Positions 36,206 through 44,061 of a stretch of 56,450 nucleotides of DNA are shown piece after piece (within the stretch, counting starts at the first letter, position 1; every line of letters starts with the position of its first letter). Made by a program: the position numbers and the translations under genes. This stretch comes from a virus. Taxonomy: Duplodnaviria; Caudoviricetes. Where the stretch lies: positions 1 to 56,450 of IMG/VR virus record IMGVR_UViG_3300011115_000308. One strand, written 5' to 3'. The notes under the pieces are model-generated. The model was given only the letters and a program-made list of their open reading frames with translations, had not been told where the DNA came from and did not search any database.

Positions 36206-37843
36206 TCAGGCGTTGTACAAAGGCTCGTTGTGGTTGCCGTGGAAGACCTTGCTGTCTTCGATCTCCGCCATCCGCTCCGGTGCCCGTGTGAGCATACCAA
36301 CATCCCGCAAGTGCTTCAACCCCATGCTCACTGTATCGACAAGATCATCGTGCGCCCCACGAGGAAAGGACGAGGTCTGCCGGATAACCATTTCGGCCCA
36401 GTCTTTATTGGGCGCAAAGATCATTTGCTCACTGAACAGGTGCTGGATGGAGTACAGCCGCGCCACCTTGTCGAGCGTCTTGGGGTCGTACATCTGGACC
36501 CCGAACTTGGAGCTGTTAAACACCCGCCGCAGTTCTTGCGCCACACTGTGCCCCGCTGCCTTGTTTTCGATCAGCAGCAGGTCGACCTTCATCTTGACGC
36601 AAAGCTCTTCCACCTTCTTGACAAGGTTGCCGATCTCCAAGCGGTCCTGCCATGCGTACATCATCATCACCTTGGCGGTCGCCCCCAAGGCCTCGGACTG
36701 GCTACTGGTGGCGCTCTCAATGGGCCGCCCGTACCGATCCACCATGCGCGTTGACGCCTGATCCGCTGACGCGCTGAACACACCCCAGATCGTCATGGCA
36801 CTGGGGTCGTTCTCCGACTTGGTGGTGTAGGCGGTGTCGAGGGCGGCCACGATGTATTCGATGGGCGGGTATTCCTTCTTGTCCCATAGCTGCCACCACT
36901 GGTCCTTGATGATGCCGCCCCCGCGTGGCTCTGGGCTTTGCGCGTACTGGCCTGCGGTTGCGTATTGCCCAAGGGCAAATTCGTCGCGCTCAACGATGTG
37001 CAACGGGAAGCGGTCAGGGAACAGCAACTCCCCGTCGATCTCTCGCGCATCGGTGTAGCCCAGCGCCGTGACGCATTGGCGGTTTGGGTCGTAGCGCATG
37101 GGCAGCATGATGTGGTCGTAGCCCATGTTGTTTTCGAGGATCACGCCGGACACATCACGCTCGTGCAGTCGCTGCATCACCACCACGATGGCCGACCGAT
37201 CAGGGTTGTTCAGGCGGCTGGTGACGGCTTCCTTGAACAAGGTAACCACACTCTCGCGCTTGGCATCGCTGTTGGCGTCGTCCACAGAGTGCGGGTCGTC
37301 AATGATCACCCTGTCGCCCCTGTAGCCCGTGATGCCCGTGAACGCGCAAGCCTGCCGCGACCCCGTGGCCGTGGTTTCGAACTTGGCCTTGGCGTTCTGA
37401 TCGCCCGTGATCGTGACGCGGTCGCCCCAGTGGCCCTGATACCATTCGTCGGACACCAAGCGCCGCATCCGCAGGCTGTCGCGGATCGCAAGCTCAAGGC
37501 TGTGCGACGCGCAGACGTAGCGCATGTTGGGCATGTTGCGCGGCCCCCACTCCCAAGCAGGCCAGAACACCCCGATCAGCAGCGACTTCATCGTACCAGG
37601 GGGGACGTTGACAAGCAGGCGGTTGTAGTACGTTTCATCGTCGTTCAGGACGCCGTCAGTGATCGCCTCAAGGTGGGCGCAGATGTAGTCGATATGCCAG
37701 CCGTGGACGTAGGCCTGCCCGGGTTCGATAACGTGCCACGCCGCCTTCACAAACGATGCCAGCGACATCTCGCACTTGCGCTTTTCGATGGCCCGCAGCG
37801 TGGCTGCTATGTCAATGCCGCGCGGCAGGGTGATCACGCCCAT
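36206..37843 (-). CDS. terL: Terminase large subunit
   Basis: Walker A-like NVPPGTMKS, Walker B VIIDDPH, VMQRLHERD, RNase H-like LDTAY...IENKAAG...HDDLVD. Start revised to ATG 37843. Confidence 0.93.
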   Translation of the reverse strand: MGVITLPRGIDIAATLRAIEKRKCEMSLASFVKAAWHVIEPGQAYVHGWHIDYICAHLEAITDGVLNDDETYYNRLLVNVPPGTMKSLLIGVFWPAWEWGPRNMPNMRYVCASHSLELAIRDSLRMRRLVSDEWYQGHWGDRVTITGDQNAKAKFETTATGSRQACAFTGITGYRGDRVIIDDPHSVDDANSDAKRESVVTLFKEAVTSRLNNPDRSAIVVVMQRLHERDVSGVILENNMGYDHIMLPMRYDPNRQCVTALGYTDAREIDGELLFPDRFPLHIVERDEFALGQYATAGQYAQSPEPRGGGIIKDQWWQLWDKKEYPPIEYIVAALDTAYTTKSENDPSAMTIWGVFSASADQASTRMVDRYGRPIESATSSQSEALGATAKVMMMYAWQDRLEIGNLVKKVEELCVKMKVDLLLIENKAAGHSVAQELRRVFNSSKFGVQMYDPKTLDKVARLYSIQHLFSEQMIFAPNKDWAEMVIRQTSSFPRGAHDDLVDTVSMGLKHLRDVGMLTRAPERMAEIEDSKVFHGNHNEPLYNA

Positions 37844-38433
37844 AGCAACTCCACCAGCCCGTTGTCGTTGAACACCCCGCAGCACAGGCGCTTGGGGCCT
37901 GCATCAAGGCACACGCGCTGCTTGCCTTGGAAGACGTTTGGCGTGTGGCCATGCACCACCATCTTGCCACGGTAGCCGCTGTCGTAGCCTTCGGGATAAC
38001 GAAACATTTGCGTGAACGCCTCCGGCTGGTCGATCAGGTCGTAGGCCGGATGTACGCCAGCGTGTACATACACCCGCGCCGCGTCCTCGTGGTAGCGGGG
38101 CAGGCCGCGAAACCAGTCCATGTCGTGCTGCAATGCGGCATGGTCCAGATCGCCCGACAGCGGGTGCTTGTAAGACAGCAGCGTCGAGGCCCCGCTATTG
38201 TCCAGCCACATGCGCGGGTCGGGAAACGCCACCATGTCCTCATGGTTGCCACGCAGGCACACGGTGTTAGGCAGCGCCCGCACCAGCGCCACCACCTCGC
38301 GGCTCTGGCTGCCACGGTCCACATAGTCGCCCAGAAACACCAGCCGCGCGCCAGCGGGTATCTGCGCCAACAGGGCCTCAAGCTCTGTCAGCCGACCGTG
38401 GATGTCGGTCATCACATAGGTCTTGTCAGGCAC
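37834..38433 (-). CDS. Metallophosphoesterase (Ser/Thr protein phosphatase, lambda NinI/PphA-like)
   Basis: DIHG, GDYVDRG, GNHE, HAG and HGHT motifs. Start revised to GTG 38433. Confidence 0.9.
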   Translation of the reverse strand: MPDKTYVMTDIHGRLTELEALLAQIPAGARLVFLGDYVDRGSQSREVVALVRALPNTVCLRGNHEDMVAFPDPRMWLDNSGASTLLSYKHPLSGDLDHAALQHDMDWFRGLPRYHEDAARVYVHAGVHPAYDLIDQPEAFTQMFRYPEGYDSGYRGKMVVHGHTPNVFQGKQRVCLDAGPKRLCCGVFNDNGLVELLWA

Positions 38434-38869
38434 CGCCCAGCGCCTTTTCCAGCACGTCAAGCTCGTCGCTCGACAAGTGGTCAATGGTCAGCGTGTGGCT
38501 AACCTGCACCGTGCCAGTGGTAGCGATCTCGACCTTGTCGCCGTATTTCTTGGGCTTGCGCTTGCCTGCCGACCACTTGTACGCATCAATGGCCACACGG
38601 GCCGCGTCAGGGGCGATCTTGCCGTCCCGCACAGCCTGCGCCACTTCCGCAACGCGGTCAGCATCAAGGTCGGCGCTGTCGTCTCGCGCGCGTGTGTATT
38701 CTTCCAGAAAATTCGGGAATTCCCGCGCCCAACGCATCACGGTGCTGTATCTGGGCAGTTCTTTATTTTCTTCAAGGAACGGCACAAGACCACTGCCGCT
38801 AGCAATGGCCTCACAAATCCGATCAGCAATGTCTTGATCGAACGGTATTTTGGGTCTGCCTAAAGTCAT
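38426..38869 (-). CDS. terS: Terminase small subunit (Sf6 gp1-like)
   Basis: GRP...ICE.IASG...TVMRW...YTRAR...KW...PKKYGDK. Confidence 0.85.
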   Translation of the reverse strand: MTLGRPKIPFDQDIADRICEAIASGSGLVPFLEENKELPRYSTVMRWAREFPNFLEEYTRARDDSADLDADRVAEVAQAVRDGKIAPDAARVAIDAYKWSAGKRKPKKYGDKVEIATTGTVQVSHTLTIDHLSSDELDVLEKALGGA

Positions 38870-38921
38870 TATGTGGGCCTTTCATAGATAGGATGCACAC
38901 AATATAGATCACACCACGCAG

Positions 38922-38948
38922 AAAAGATAGATGGGGGCCGAAGCCCCC
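38922..38948 (-). terminator. Putative terminator ending the early-gene block
   Basis: GGGGGC-TTCG-GCCCCC followed by ATCTATCTTTT. Confidence 0.55.
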
Positions 38949-38952
38949 GATC

Positions 38953-39282
38953 TTAGAAGTTGTAGTCGTAGAATTTGCGCGGCTCGCGGGCGACACGGTG
39001 CTTGCCGTAGGCCGACCAGAAGTAACCATCAGCGCGCTTGTAGGCTTTGATTGCGGGGTTGGTTTCGCTGGCCACGATGAACCACCGTTGGTCCTCTTGG
39101 TTGGCACAGTTGGCAGTGAAGCCGCCAGCAACGAAGTTTGGCACCCACGCCGGATCGCGTTGCACGTCCATCTCGCGGATGACGATCTGCTTGCCAGACT
39201 TGCTGACCGACAGGATTTCGAAGGGTTGGACATCAGTGTAGCCGATCAGGTTCGCGTAGCCAGTGGGTAGGGTGCAGGTCAT
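38953..39282 (-). CDS. Hypothetical early protein
   Basis: Start revised to ATG 39282 after the CCAACCACATGGAG leader. Confidence 0.7.
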   Translation of the reverse strand: MTCTLPTGYANLIGYTDVQPFEILSVSKSGKQIVIREMDVQRDPAWVPNFVAGGFTANCANQEDQRWFIVASETNPAIKAYKRADGYFWSAYGKHRVAREPRKFYDYNF

Positions 39283-39305
39283 TTTAATCTCCATGTGGTT
39301 GGGGG

Positions 39306-39521
39306 TCAGAAGGGGATAAAATCGTCGTTGATGTAGGCATCCTTGCGGGCTTGCTTGGCGCAGTTGCACCACTGGACCTCGACCGGACGGGTCAAGCTTT
39401 CGACCTCGGCCCGCATGGCGTACCATGCGTCTTCGGCTGCCAGTTGGGCGGGGGTCTCAATGCCAGCGACCATGCAGGCCTCTTCGTAGCTGTAGCAGGT
39501 CACGCCATAAACGTCATACAT
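39306..39521 (-). CDS. Hypothetical early protein ending in an SSB-like tail (DDFIPF)
   Basis: Start revised to ATG 39521. Own promoter and leader motif. Confidence 0.65.
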   Translation of the reverse strand: MYDVYGVTCYSYEEACMVAGIETPAQLAAEDAWYAMRAEVESLTRPVEVQWCNCAKQARKDAYINDDFIPF

Positions 39522-39558
39522 TTTCAGTCTTCGGTGGTTGGTTGGTTTCCGTTCTTGA

Positions 39559-39587
39559 TCAGTACATCGTACGAAACACCCCGTCAA
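39559..39587 (-). promoter_or_regulatory. Early promoter containing the CGTACGATG box
   Basis: TTGACG-17 bp-TACTGA. Confidence 0.6.
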
Positions 39588-39598
39588 CACCTATTTTT

Positions 39599-39657
39599 AA
39601 TAAAAAGGCCCCCACCGTTTCCGGCAGGGGCAAGGCAGGCAGTCATCAACAGAGAGG
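39599..39657 (-). ncRNA. Candidate short CU-rich sRNA ending in an intrinsic terminator
   Basis: TTGTGA-16 bp-TATGGT upstream. CCTCTCTGTTG...CTGCCTGCC then a GCCCC...GGGGC hairpin and CTTTTTATT. Confidence 0.3.
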
Positions 39658-39671
39658 CCTACACCATAGCA

Positions 39672-39794
39672 TCAAAAGGGCGGTTCACAATCCTTAAACC
39701 ACACGCCGCCCCAGTTGATCGGGGCACGGGGCTGGGCTACCACTTCCAACAGCCCGATCCACCGCATGAACGAGGCCAGATCGGCGGGGATCAT
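39672..39794 (-). CDS. 40-aa hypothetical protein ending CEPPF
   Basis: MIPADLASFMRWIGLLEVV... ATGA overlap with the upstream gene. Confidence 0.5.
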   Translation of the reverse strand: MIPADLASFMRWIGLLEVVAQPRAPINWGGVWFKDCEPPF

Positions 39795-40015
39795 AATTTA
39801 AACCCAAGTCTTTTTCTGAAAGCGCAGAAGCAAATTTCTCGGACCCTTTCACCGCAAATGTCAAAGTCTGCCGCGACAGATTTGTACGATTCACCACTAA
39901 GGACGCGCCTGATGATGATCCTGTCTCTTTCGGTGATGCGGGTATTTGCATCCATCGCGGTCAGGATTTCAGACTTTACCATTCTGGCCTGTGCGATACG
40001 GGTCATAGCTTCCAC
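39791..40015 (-). CDS. Small HTH protein (sigma70 region 4-like)
   Basis: ITERDR.I...GESYKSVAADFDICGERVREI. Confidence 0.6.
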   Translation of the reverse strand: MEAMTRIAQARMVKSEILTAMDANTRITERDRIIIRRVLSGESYKSVAADFDICGERVREICFCAFRKRLGFKL

Positions 40016-40239
40016 CCATATGATGCTGCAATTGCTTTTATCCCATAAATCAGATCACGAGCCTGATCCTCAGTGTAAATCACAATATCGCTTTCAATGA
40101 TTGTTCCATCAAGCTTTTCTGTGGTTTGATCAAGATTGATACCATGAGAACAGCGCATCAAGGTTATACAATCTTTTGCCATTTGGTCATCGTTGACGTG
40201 AGCGTGACCAACCAAAACAAGGTTACAATCTTTTTTCAT
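40003..40239 (-). CDS. Hypothetical protein
   Basis: GGAGG SD, tiles the operon. Confidence 0.55.
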   Translation of the reverse strand: MKKDCNLVLVGHAHVNDDQMAKDCITLMRCSHGINLDQTTEKLDGTIIESDIVIYTEDQARDLIYGIKAIAASYGWKL

Positions 40240-40240
40240 C

Positions 40241-40861
40241 TCAAACCTCCCCGACCATATCGCCGCCGCAATCGCCGCAGATCAGGCGCGACCCCATCTT
40301 AGCCCACGCCTTATTGCCGCAGCCACACTCATGCTTGACCTTCGACAGGTCTTTTTTCTTGCCATCGGCCTTGCCACGGGGCTGGGTGAAGTAGGGGATG
40401 TCGAAATTTGGCCCAAGACCCTCGAAAGCCACATCAAACGGCCCGCCTTCGTCGATTATGTGCGTAACCTTGCGGCCCGTCATCTTGCCTGTGCCATCGG
40501 TCGGGGTCAGGCCTACGCGCAGCATCAGGTTGGCCCATTCCATGTTGTGGTGGCCACCCTTGGACGGCTTGCCGTACTCTTGCTGTTCGACGTGGGTCAT
40601 CTCGTGAACCAGCGTGGACAGCACGGCTTGGATGGTGCGGTCCATGCTCTGCGGGTTCAGGGCAACCTCGTGAACCGTGCCCAGATCGGCATCTTTATTT
40701 GCAAACTGGTCGGCCCAGAAATAGCCGTGGGCACCACGCTTGCGGGTCAGGGTGAACAGCACGGGCGGCAGGCGGCTGTCGAACAGGGCCTTGTTGAAGT
40801 GATCATAGGCGCGCTCAAGGCCCGTGTACGTCTCGGCGGTGGGGGTCTGATAATTGGTCAT
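40241..40861 (-). CDS. SprT-like zinc metalloprotease
   Basis: FNKALF...LP, TLVHEMTH, HNMEW...VG and C-terminal CxC...CxxC. Confidence 0.85.
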   Translation of the reverse strand: MTNYQTPTAETYTGLERAYDHFNKALFDSRLPPVLFTLTRKRGAHGYFWADQFANKDADLGTVHEVALNPQSMDRTIQAVLSTLVHEMTHVEQQEYGKPSKGGHHNMEWANLMLRVGLTPTDGTGKMTGRKVTHIIDEGGPFDVAFEGLGPNFDIPYFTQPRGKADGKKKDLSKVKHECGCGNKAWAKMGSRLICGDCGGDMVGEV

Positions 40862-40862
40862 C

Positions 40863-41048
40863 TTAAAGGCTCCGGTATGTGGTTGAGATTGCGGCCTCTA
40901 CGGCCTCGGCTTCAGCGCGGGTGGCGTAGGACTTGAAGGGGTAACGCTCGCCCGTAACGGCTTGGATCGCGTCACGCAACTTCTCATTTTTCAAGCTGCT
41001 GGTCAGGATTTCCAGTTCCCAGCCCGACGCGGATTGATAGACGTACAT
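40863..41048 (-). CDS. Hypothetical early protein
   Basis: Preceded by CCAACCACTGGAG. Confidence 0.65.
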   Translation of the reverse strand: MYVYQSASGWELEILTSSLKNEKLRDAIQAVTGERYPFKSYATRAEAEAVEAAISTTYRSL

Positions 41049-41092
41049 GGTGTTCTCCAGTGGTTGGGTGGGGGCCTCAGCCCCCGTTCAGA

Positions 41093-41314
41093 TCAGTCGC
41101 ACAGGCTCTCGTAGCGGTACTCGGCCAAGCCCTCGGCGTACTCTTGCAGGGCCTCGTTCCAGCCGTGGTCATGCCAGTGCTTGTAAGCCTCTTCGTACTC
41201 TTCCTCAGTGGGTTCGTCGCCGTCCTTGTCCCACTCAATGTCGCCATATTCCGGCTCTGCGTAGAAGCCGTAGTCGCCGTAGGTGAAGTGGAAGCAGCGG
41301 TGTAGGTTGTTCAT
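41093..41314 (-). CDS. Highly acidic hypothetical early protein
   Basis: Preceded by a promoter and CCAACCACGGAG. E/D/Y-rich. Confidence 0.65.
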   Translation of the reverse strand: MNNLHRCFHFTYGDYGFYAEPEYGDIEWDKDGDEPTEEEYEEAYKHWHDHGWNEALQEYAEGLAEYRYESLCD

Positions 41315-41346
41315 TTTCGTCTCCGTGGTTGGTGTGTCGATGACCC

Positions 41347-41375
41347 TGTGTACATCGTACGCAACACAGGGTCAA
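41347..41375 (-). promoter_or_regulatory. Early promoter containing the CGTACGATG box
   Basis: TTGACC-17 bp-TACACA. Confidence 0.6.
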
Positions 41376-41404
41376 CAACTATTTTGTGCTTTCGCGCACA
41401 ATCT

Positions 41405-41629
41405 TTACGCGGCGACGATGTCGCTGAAGAAGTCCAGCACCGCATCACGGTTGTCGGCGGCGGTTTCCTCGAAGCAGAGGAAGATACCATCGGTGTCGTA
41501 CTTCCCGCAGATCAAGCCTGCCTTCAGCACGATCTGGCAGCCATTGCCCTCGGACCAGAACCGCCCGATCTGTGCTGCACGGCGCTTGCCGATCCAGCGG
41601 TTGATTTGGTTTTGTGAGATGCTTTCCAT
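41405..41629 (-). CDS. Hypothetical early protein
   Basis: Start revised to ATG 41629 after CCAACCACAGGAGG. Confidence 0.65.
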   Translation of the reverse strand: MESISQNQINRWIGKRRAAQIGRFWSEGNGCQIVLKAGLICGKYDTDGIFLCFEETAADNRDAVLDFFSDIVAA

Positions 41630-41679
41630 CTCGGCCTCCTGTGGTTGGCGGCCAACCCACCACGGGCTGGCCATAACCC

Positions 41680-41708
41680 TTCATAGCACACTTCATCGTA
41701 CGGCGCAA
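41680..41708 (-). promoter_or_regulatory. Early promoter containing the CGTACGATG box
   Basis: TTGCGC-17 bp-TATGAA. The 16 bp at and upstream of the -35 are identical to those of the 41347 promoter. Confidence 0.55.
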
Positions 41709-41711
41709 CAA

Positions 41712-41831
41712 CTATTTTGTGGCCTTCCGAACAATTTTCTTGGCGGCCCTGCGCTGCTTGCGGTTGCCATTGGGATCGGGATCAACCTTTTCGGTTTCCA
41801 AAGTGATCATCACCCTCTTGGCTTTACGCAT
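41712..41831 (-). CDS. Small basic peptide
   Basis: MRKAKRVMITLE...NRKQRRAAKK. Overlaps the upstream stop. Confidence 0.45.
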   Translation of the reverse strand: MRKAKRVMITLETEKVDPDPNGNRKQRRAAKKIVRKATK

Positions 41832-42051
41832 TGCCCTCGACCTCCAGCATCGCATCGGCCATAGCCCACGATTGGTGCGCGATGTTGTACATGTCATTGC
41901 CGCGCGCTTGGATCAGCGCCTGCATGGCCAGCCCAGCCAGCCAGAGGCGGTCAGCAGCGCGATCTGCCCCATCGGTAGGGGTTGGGCTAGGCGGTGCCAT
42001 CTTGACGCTGTAGAGGCCCTCTGGCGCGCCCGCTTCGATGTCTTTGGTCAT
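41824..42051 (-). CDS. Hypothetical protein (RLWLAG...MAD.ML family)
   Basis: ATGA-coupled. Similar to 42260-42451. Confidence 0.6.
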   Translation of the reverse strand: MTKDIEAGAPEGLYSVKMAPPSPTPTDGADRAADRLWLAGLAMQALIQARGNDMYNIAHQSWAMADAMLEVEGNA

Positions 42052-42263
42052 TTCTTGCCCTCCAAGGCTTTAATACGATTTTCGTGGTCCAACATGATCT
42101 GGTGCAGACGCCACCAGTTTTGGTGGCTGTCGCCCAGTTCCATGCCAAGCATGGCCTGAATGGCCAACTGCTCCTTGTACATTGCCTCTTGCTCGGGCGT
42201 TCTCTTGTCCGTGATGTAGACCCGCAGGGGTTCCTTGCCGAAAAGCTTCTTCAGCCAGTTCAT
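42048..42263 (-). CDS. Hypothetical protein
   Basis: ATG 42263 with GGGAG SD and ATGA overlap. Confidence 0.6.
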   Translation of the reverse strand: MNWLKKLFGKEPLRVYITDKRTPEQEAMYKEQLAIQAMLGMELGDSHQNWWRLHQIMLDHENRIKALEGKK

Positions 42264-42451
42264 TTTGTTTTCTCCCACTTGTTTCCCTTGTTGAGTGCTT
42301 CCAAAATTTTGTCCGCCATTTCCACACAGCTAGTTGGGACGTATTCCCAGTTCTCACCATCGGCGCACATCCCCGCTGCAATCGTCCCAGCCAGCCACAG
42401 GCGCTTCATGTCGCGGTCATTCTCTTTCAACACATCATCAGACCACAGCAT
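42260..42451 (-). CDS. Hypothetical protein (RLWLAG...MAD.IL family)
   Basis: Tiles the operon. Similar to 41824-42051. Confidence 0.55.
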   Translation of the reverse strand: MLWSDDVLKENDRDMKRLWLAGTIAAGMCADGENWEYVPTSCVEMADKILEALNKGNKWEKTK

Positions 42452-42629
42452 TGCTCGTGATCCTTATCCGTTTGAAATCCGCCTTAAGCTCCCGCCGCAG
42501 GTCGGACATGTGTTCACCTTCATAAACGCCGCACGGCAACTCCACCGTCCAACGGTCGCTGGTCTGGTAAAAGCGCACGGGGAAACGTTGCCCCGTCGCC
42601 TCAAACAGCACCCACTGATTGTCTTTCAT
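42438..42629 (-). CDS. Hypothetical early protein
   Basis: Start revised to ATG 42629 after CCAACCAAGGAGG. Confidence 0.6.
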   Translation of the reverse strand: MKDNQWVLFEATGQRFPVRFYQTSDRWTVELPCGVYEGEHMSDLRRELKADFKRIRITSNAVV

Positions 42630-42655
42630 CCCATCCCTCCTTGGTTGGTGGCTGC

Positions 42656-42746
42656 ACCATACCACTGGGCACGGCGGGGTCAACAAAAAAAATGTTTGGA
42701 TCGACACAAGTTTTCTGTTGCATCGTACTTTCAAACCGATTAAACA
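42656..42746. promoter_or_regulatory. Divergent promoter pair
   Basis: Minus TTGACC-16-TATGGT (42656-42683). Plus TTGCAT-17-TAAACA (42718-42746) overlapping CATCGTAC. Confidence 0.55.
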
Positions 42747-42782
42747 TAACTCACTGACCCCAACCAACCACAGGAGACTACC

Positions 42783-43061
42783 ATGTCCATCAACTTCGCC
42801 ATCGCACTCGCCGACCGCTTCGCCGCCGCTAAGGCTGCCCACGAGGCCGCCACCGAGGCCCTCGACGCCCTCAAGGCCGAGATCAAGGCCGCTGGGATCG
42901 AACGCCACATCGGCCTGACCTGCGACATCGTCCTTGCGCTGTCCGAACAGCGCCGCATCGACACCAAACTTCTGCAAGCTCTTCTGACCGACGAGCAGAT
43001 CGAGGCCTGCAAGAAGCCAGTGCTGGTCGAAACCATCCGCGTCCGCGCTAAAGGTCTTTAA
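42783..43061 (+). CDS. Hypothetical protein
   Basis: CCAACCAACCACAGGAG leader. Strong codon bias. Confidence 0.8.
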   Translation: MSINFAIALADRFAAAKAAHEAATEALDALKAEIKAAGIERHIGLTCDIVLALSEQRRIDTKLLQALLTDEQIEACKKPVLVETIRVRAKGL

Positions 43062-43063
43062 TC

Positions 43064-43564
43064 TCAAGATCGTTTTAGGAAGCCGTGTTTTTTCTCGGCT
43101 TCCTTTCTTGCTTCCGTTGCCAGTTCTGCTGTCAAGAAATAACCCAAGTAAATTTTCTTTCCGTTGATGCAAATGCGTGCGGTCCACTGATTGCGATCCT
43201 TGGAGAATGTCACCCCTGGATACCCTGATGTGTTGTCACGCCTGATTTTTGCGTTTTGTGAGTTCTGGAAGAAATCCGCCTCCCGCAGGTTCAAAATTCG
43301 GTTGTCGCTTCTATCACCATTGATATGGTCTATTTGATTCATCGGCCACTCTCCGTGAAACATTGCCCAAATCACGCGGTGCGCTTGATATCTTTTGTCA
43401 TGGATTGCTCCGCACATGTATCCATCTGAGATGGCAGTAAACGCTTTTCGTCCTGCGTACCTGACGTTCCATCTTAGTCCGACATCGCTCCGAACTTTCC
43501 ATGTTAGGCGTCCCGTGTCAGGGTCGTATGTTAGAAGGTTGTAAAGTTCGGATGCGTTGACCAT
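43064..43564 (-). CDS. HNH homing endonuclease with AP2-like domain
   Basis: YDPDTG, AHRVIW, IDHINGDRSDNRILNLR, NTSGYPGV and YLGYF. Confidence 0.9.
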   Translation of the reverse strand: MVNASELYNLLTYDPDTGRLTWKVRSDVGLRWNVRYAGRKAFTAISDGYMCGAIHDKRYQAHRVIWAMFHGEWPMNQIDHINGDRSDNRILNLREADFFQNSQNAKIRRDNTSGYPGVTFSKDRNQWTARICINGKKIYLGYFLTAELATEARKEAEKKHGFLKRS

Positions 43565-43642
43565 GGTGTCTGTCTCCTAGGTTTGCCTTCATACGATAGT
43601 ATCATATTCATTGAAACTATCAAGAAGGCCTCTAAAACCACC

Positions 43643-43679
43643 AAAAGCCCCAGAGTGTCGTCTCTGGGGGCTTTTTTTT
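43643..43679. terminator. Bidirectional-type intrinsic terminator
   Basis: AAAAGCCCCAGAG-TGTCGT-CTCTGGGGGCTTTTTTTT. Confidence 0.7.
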
Positions 43680-43699
43680 GCGCTGTTACTCGCGCTACT

Positions 43700-43960
43700 C
43701 ATCACATTGATTTCATTGTCAAAAAAGTAGAGTAGAAGTAGAAAGTAGCGTCCCCTTTATATAATAAATAATTTCTTTAAAAATCCCTCCCCCCTGAGAC
43801 ACCTTTTTTCCCCCCTTAAGCAACTATTTTTATTACTCTATAGAAAAACACTCTTAAGAAGGACTCTACTATACTACTATATACTATATATAATATATAT
43901 ATATATCAGTATCTTATGAATTAAATTTAATAGGAAAGTAGCGTCCCCAAACCCCCCAAA
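43700..43960. other. Putative replication origin
   Basis: Non-coding, very AT-rich with a TA run. AGTAG/CTACT repeats. GAAAGTAGCGTCCCC at 43741 and 43934. Confidence 0.6.
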
Positions 43961-44061
43961 AGTACTTGCACCGTGGGACGGTACTACCGCAGGCCTTTAC
44001 AGGTCGACGCCAATCTTTTACCAGTGGTACATCTGACAACCCTTATGGAGCAAATGATCCA

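Noticed and set aside
36938-37975. 345-aa plus-strand ORF
   Set aside because: Antisense shadow of terL in GC-rich codons.
42630-43187. N-terminal extension of the 249-aa ORF 42438-43187
   Set aside because: Overlaps the real plus-strand gene and promoters. Only 42438-42629 has an SD and leader.
43861-43910. TA microsatellite as contamination or artefact
   Set aside because: It is embedded in an ordered repeat structure bracketed by a 15-bp direct repeat, and is better explained as an unwinding element.
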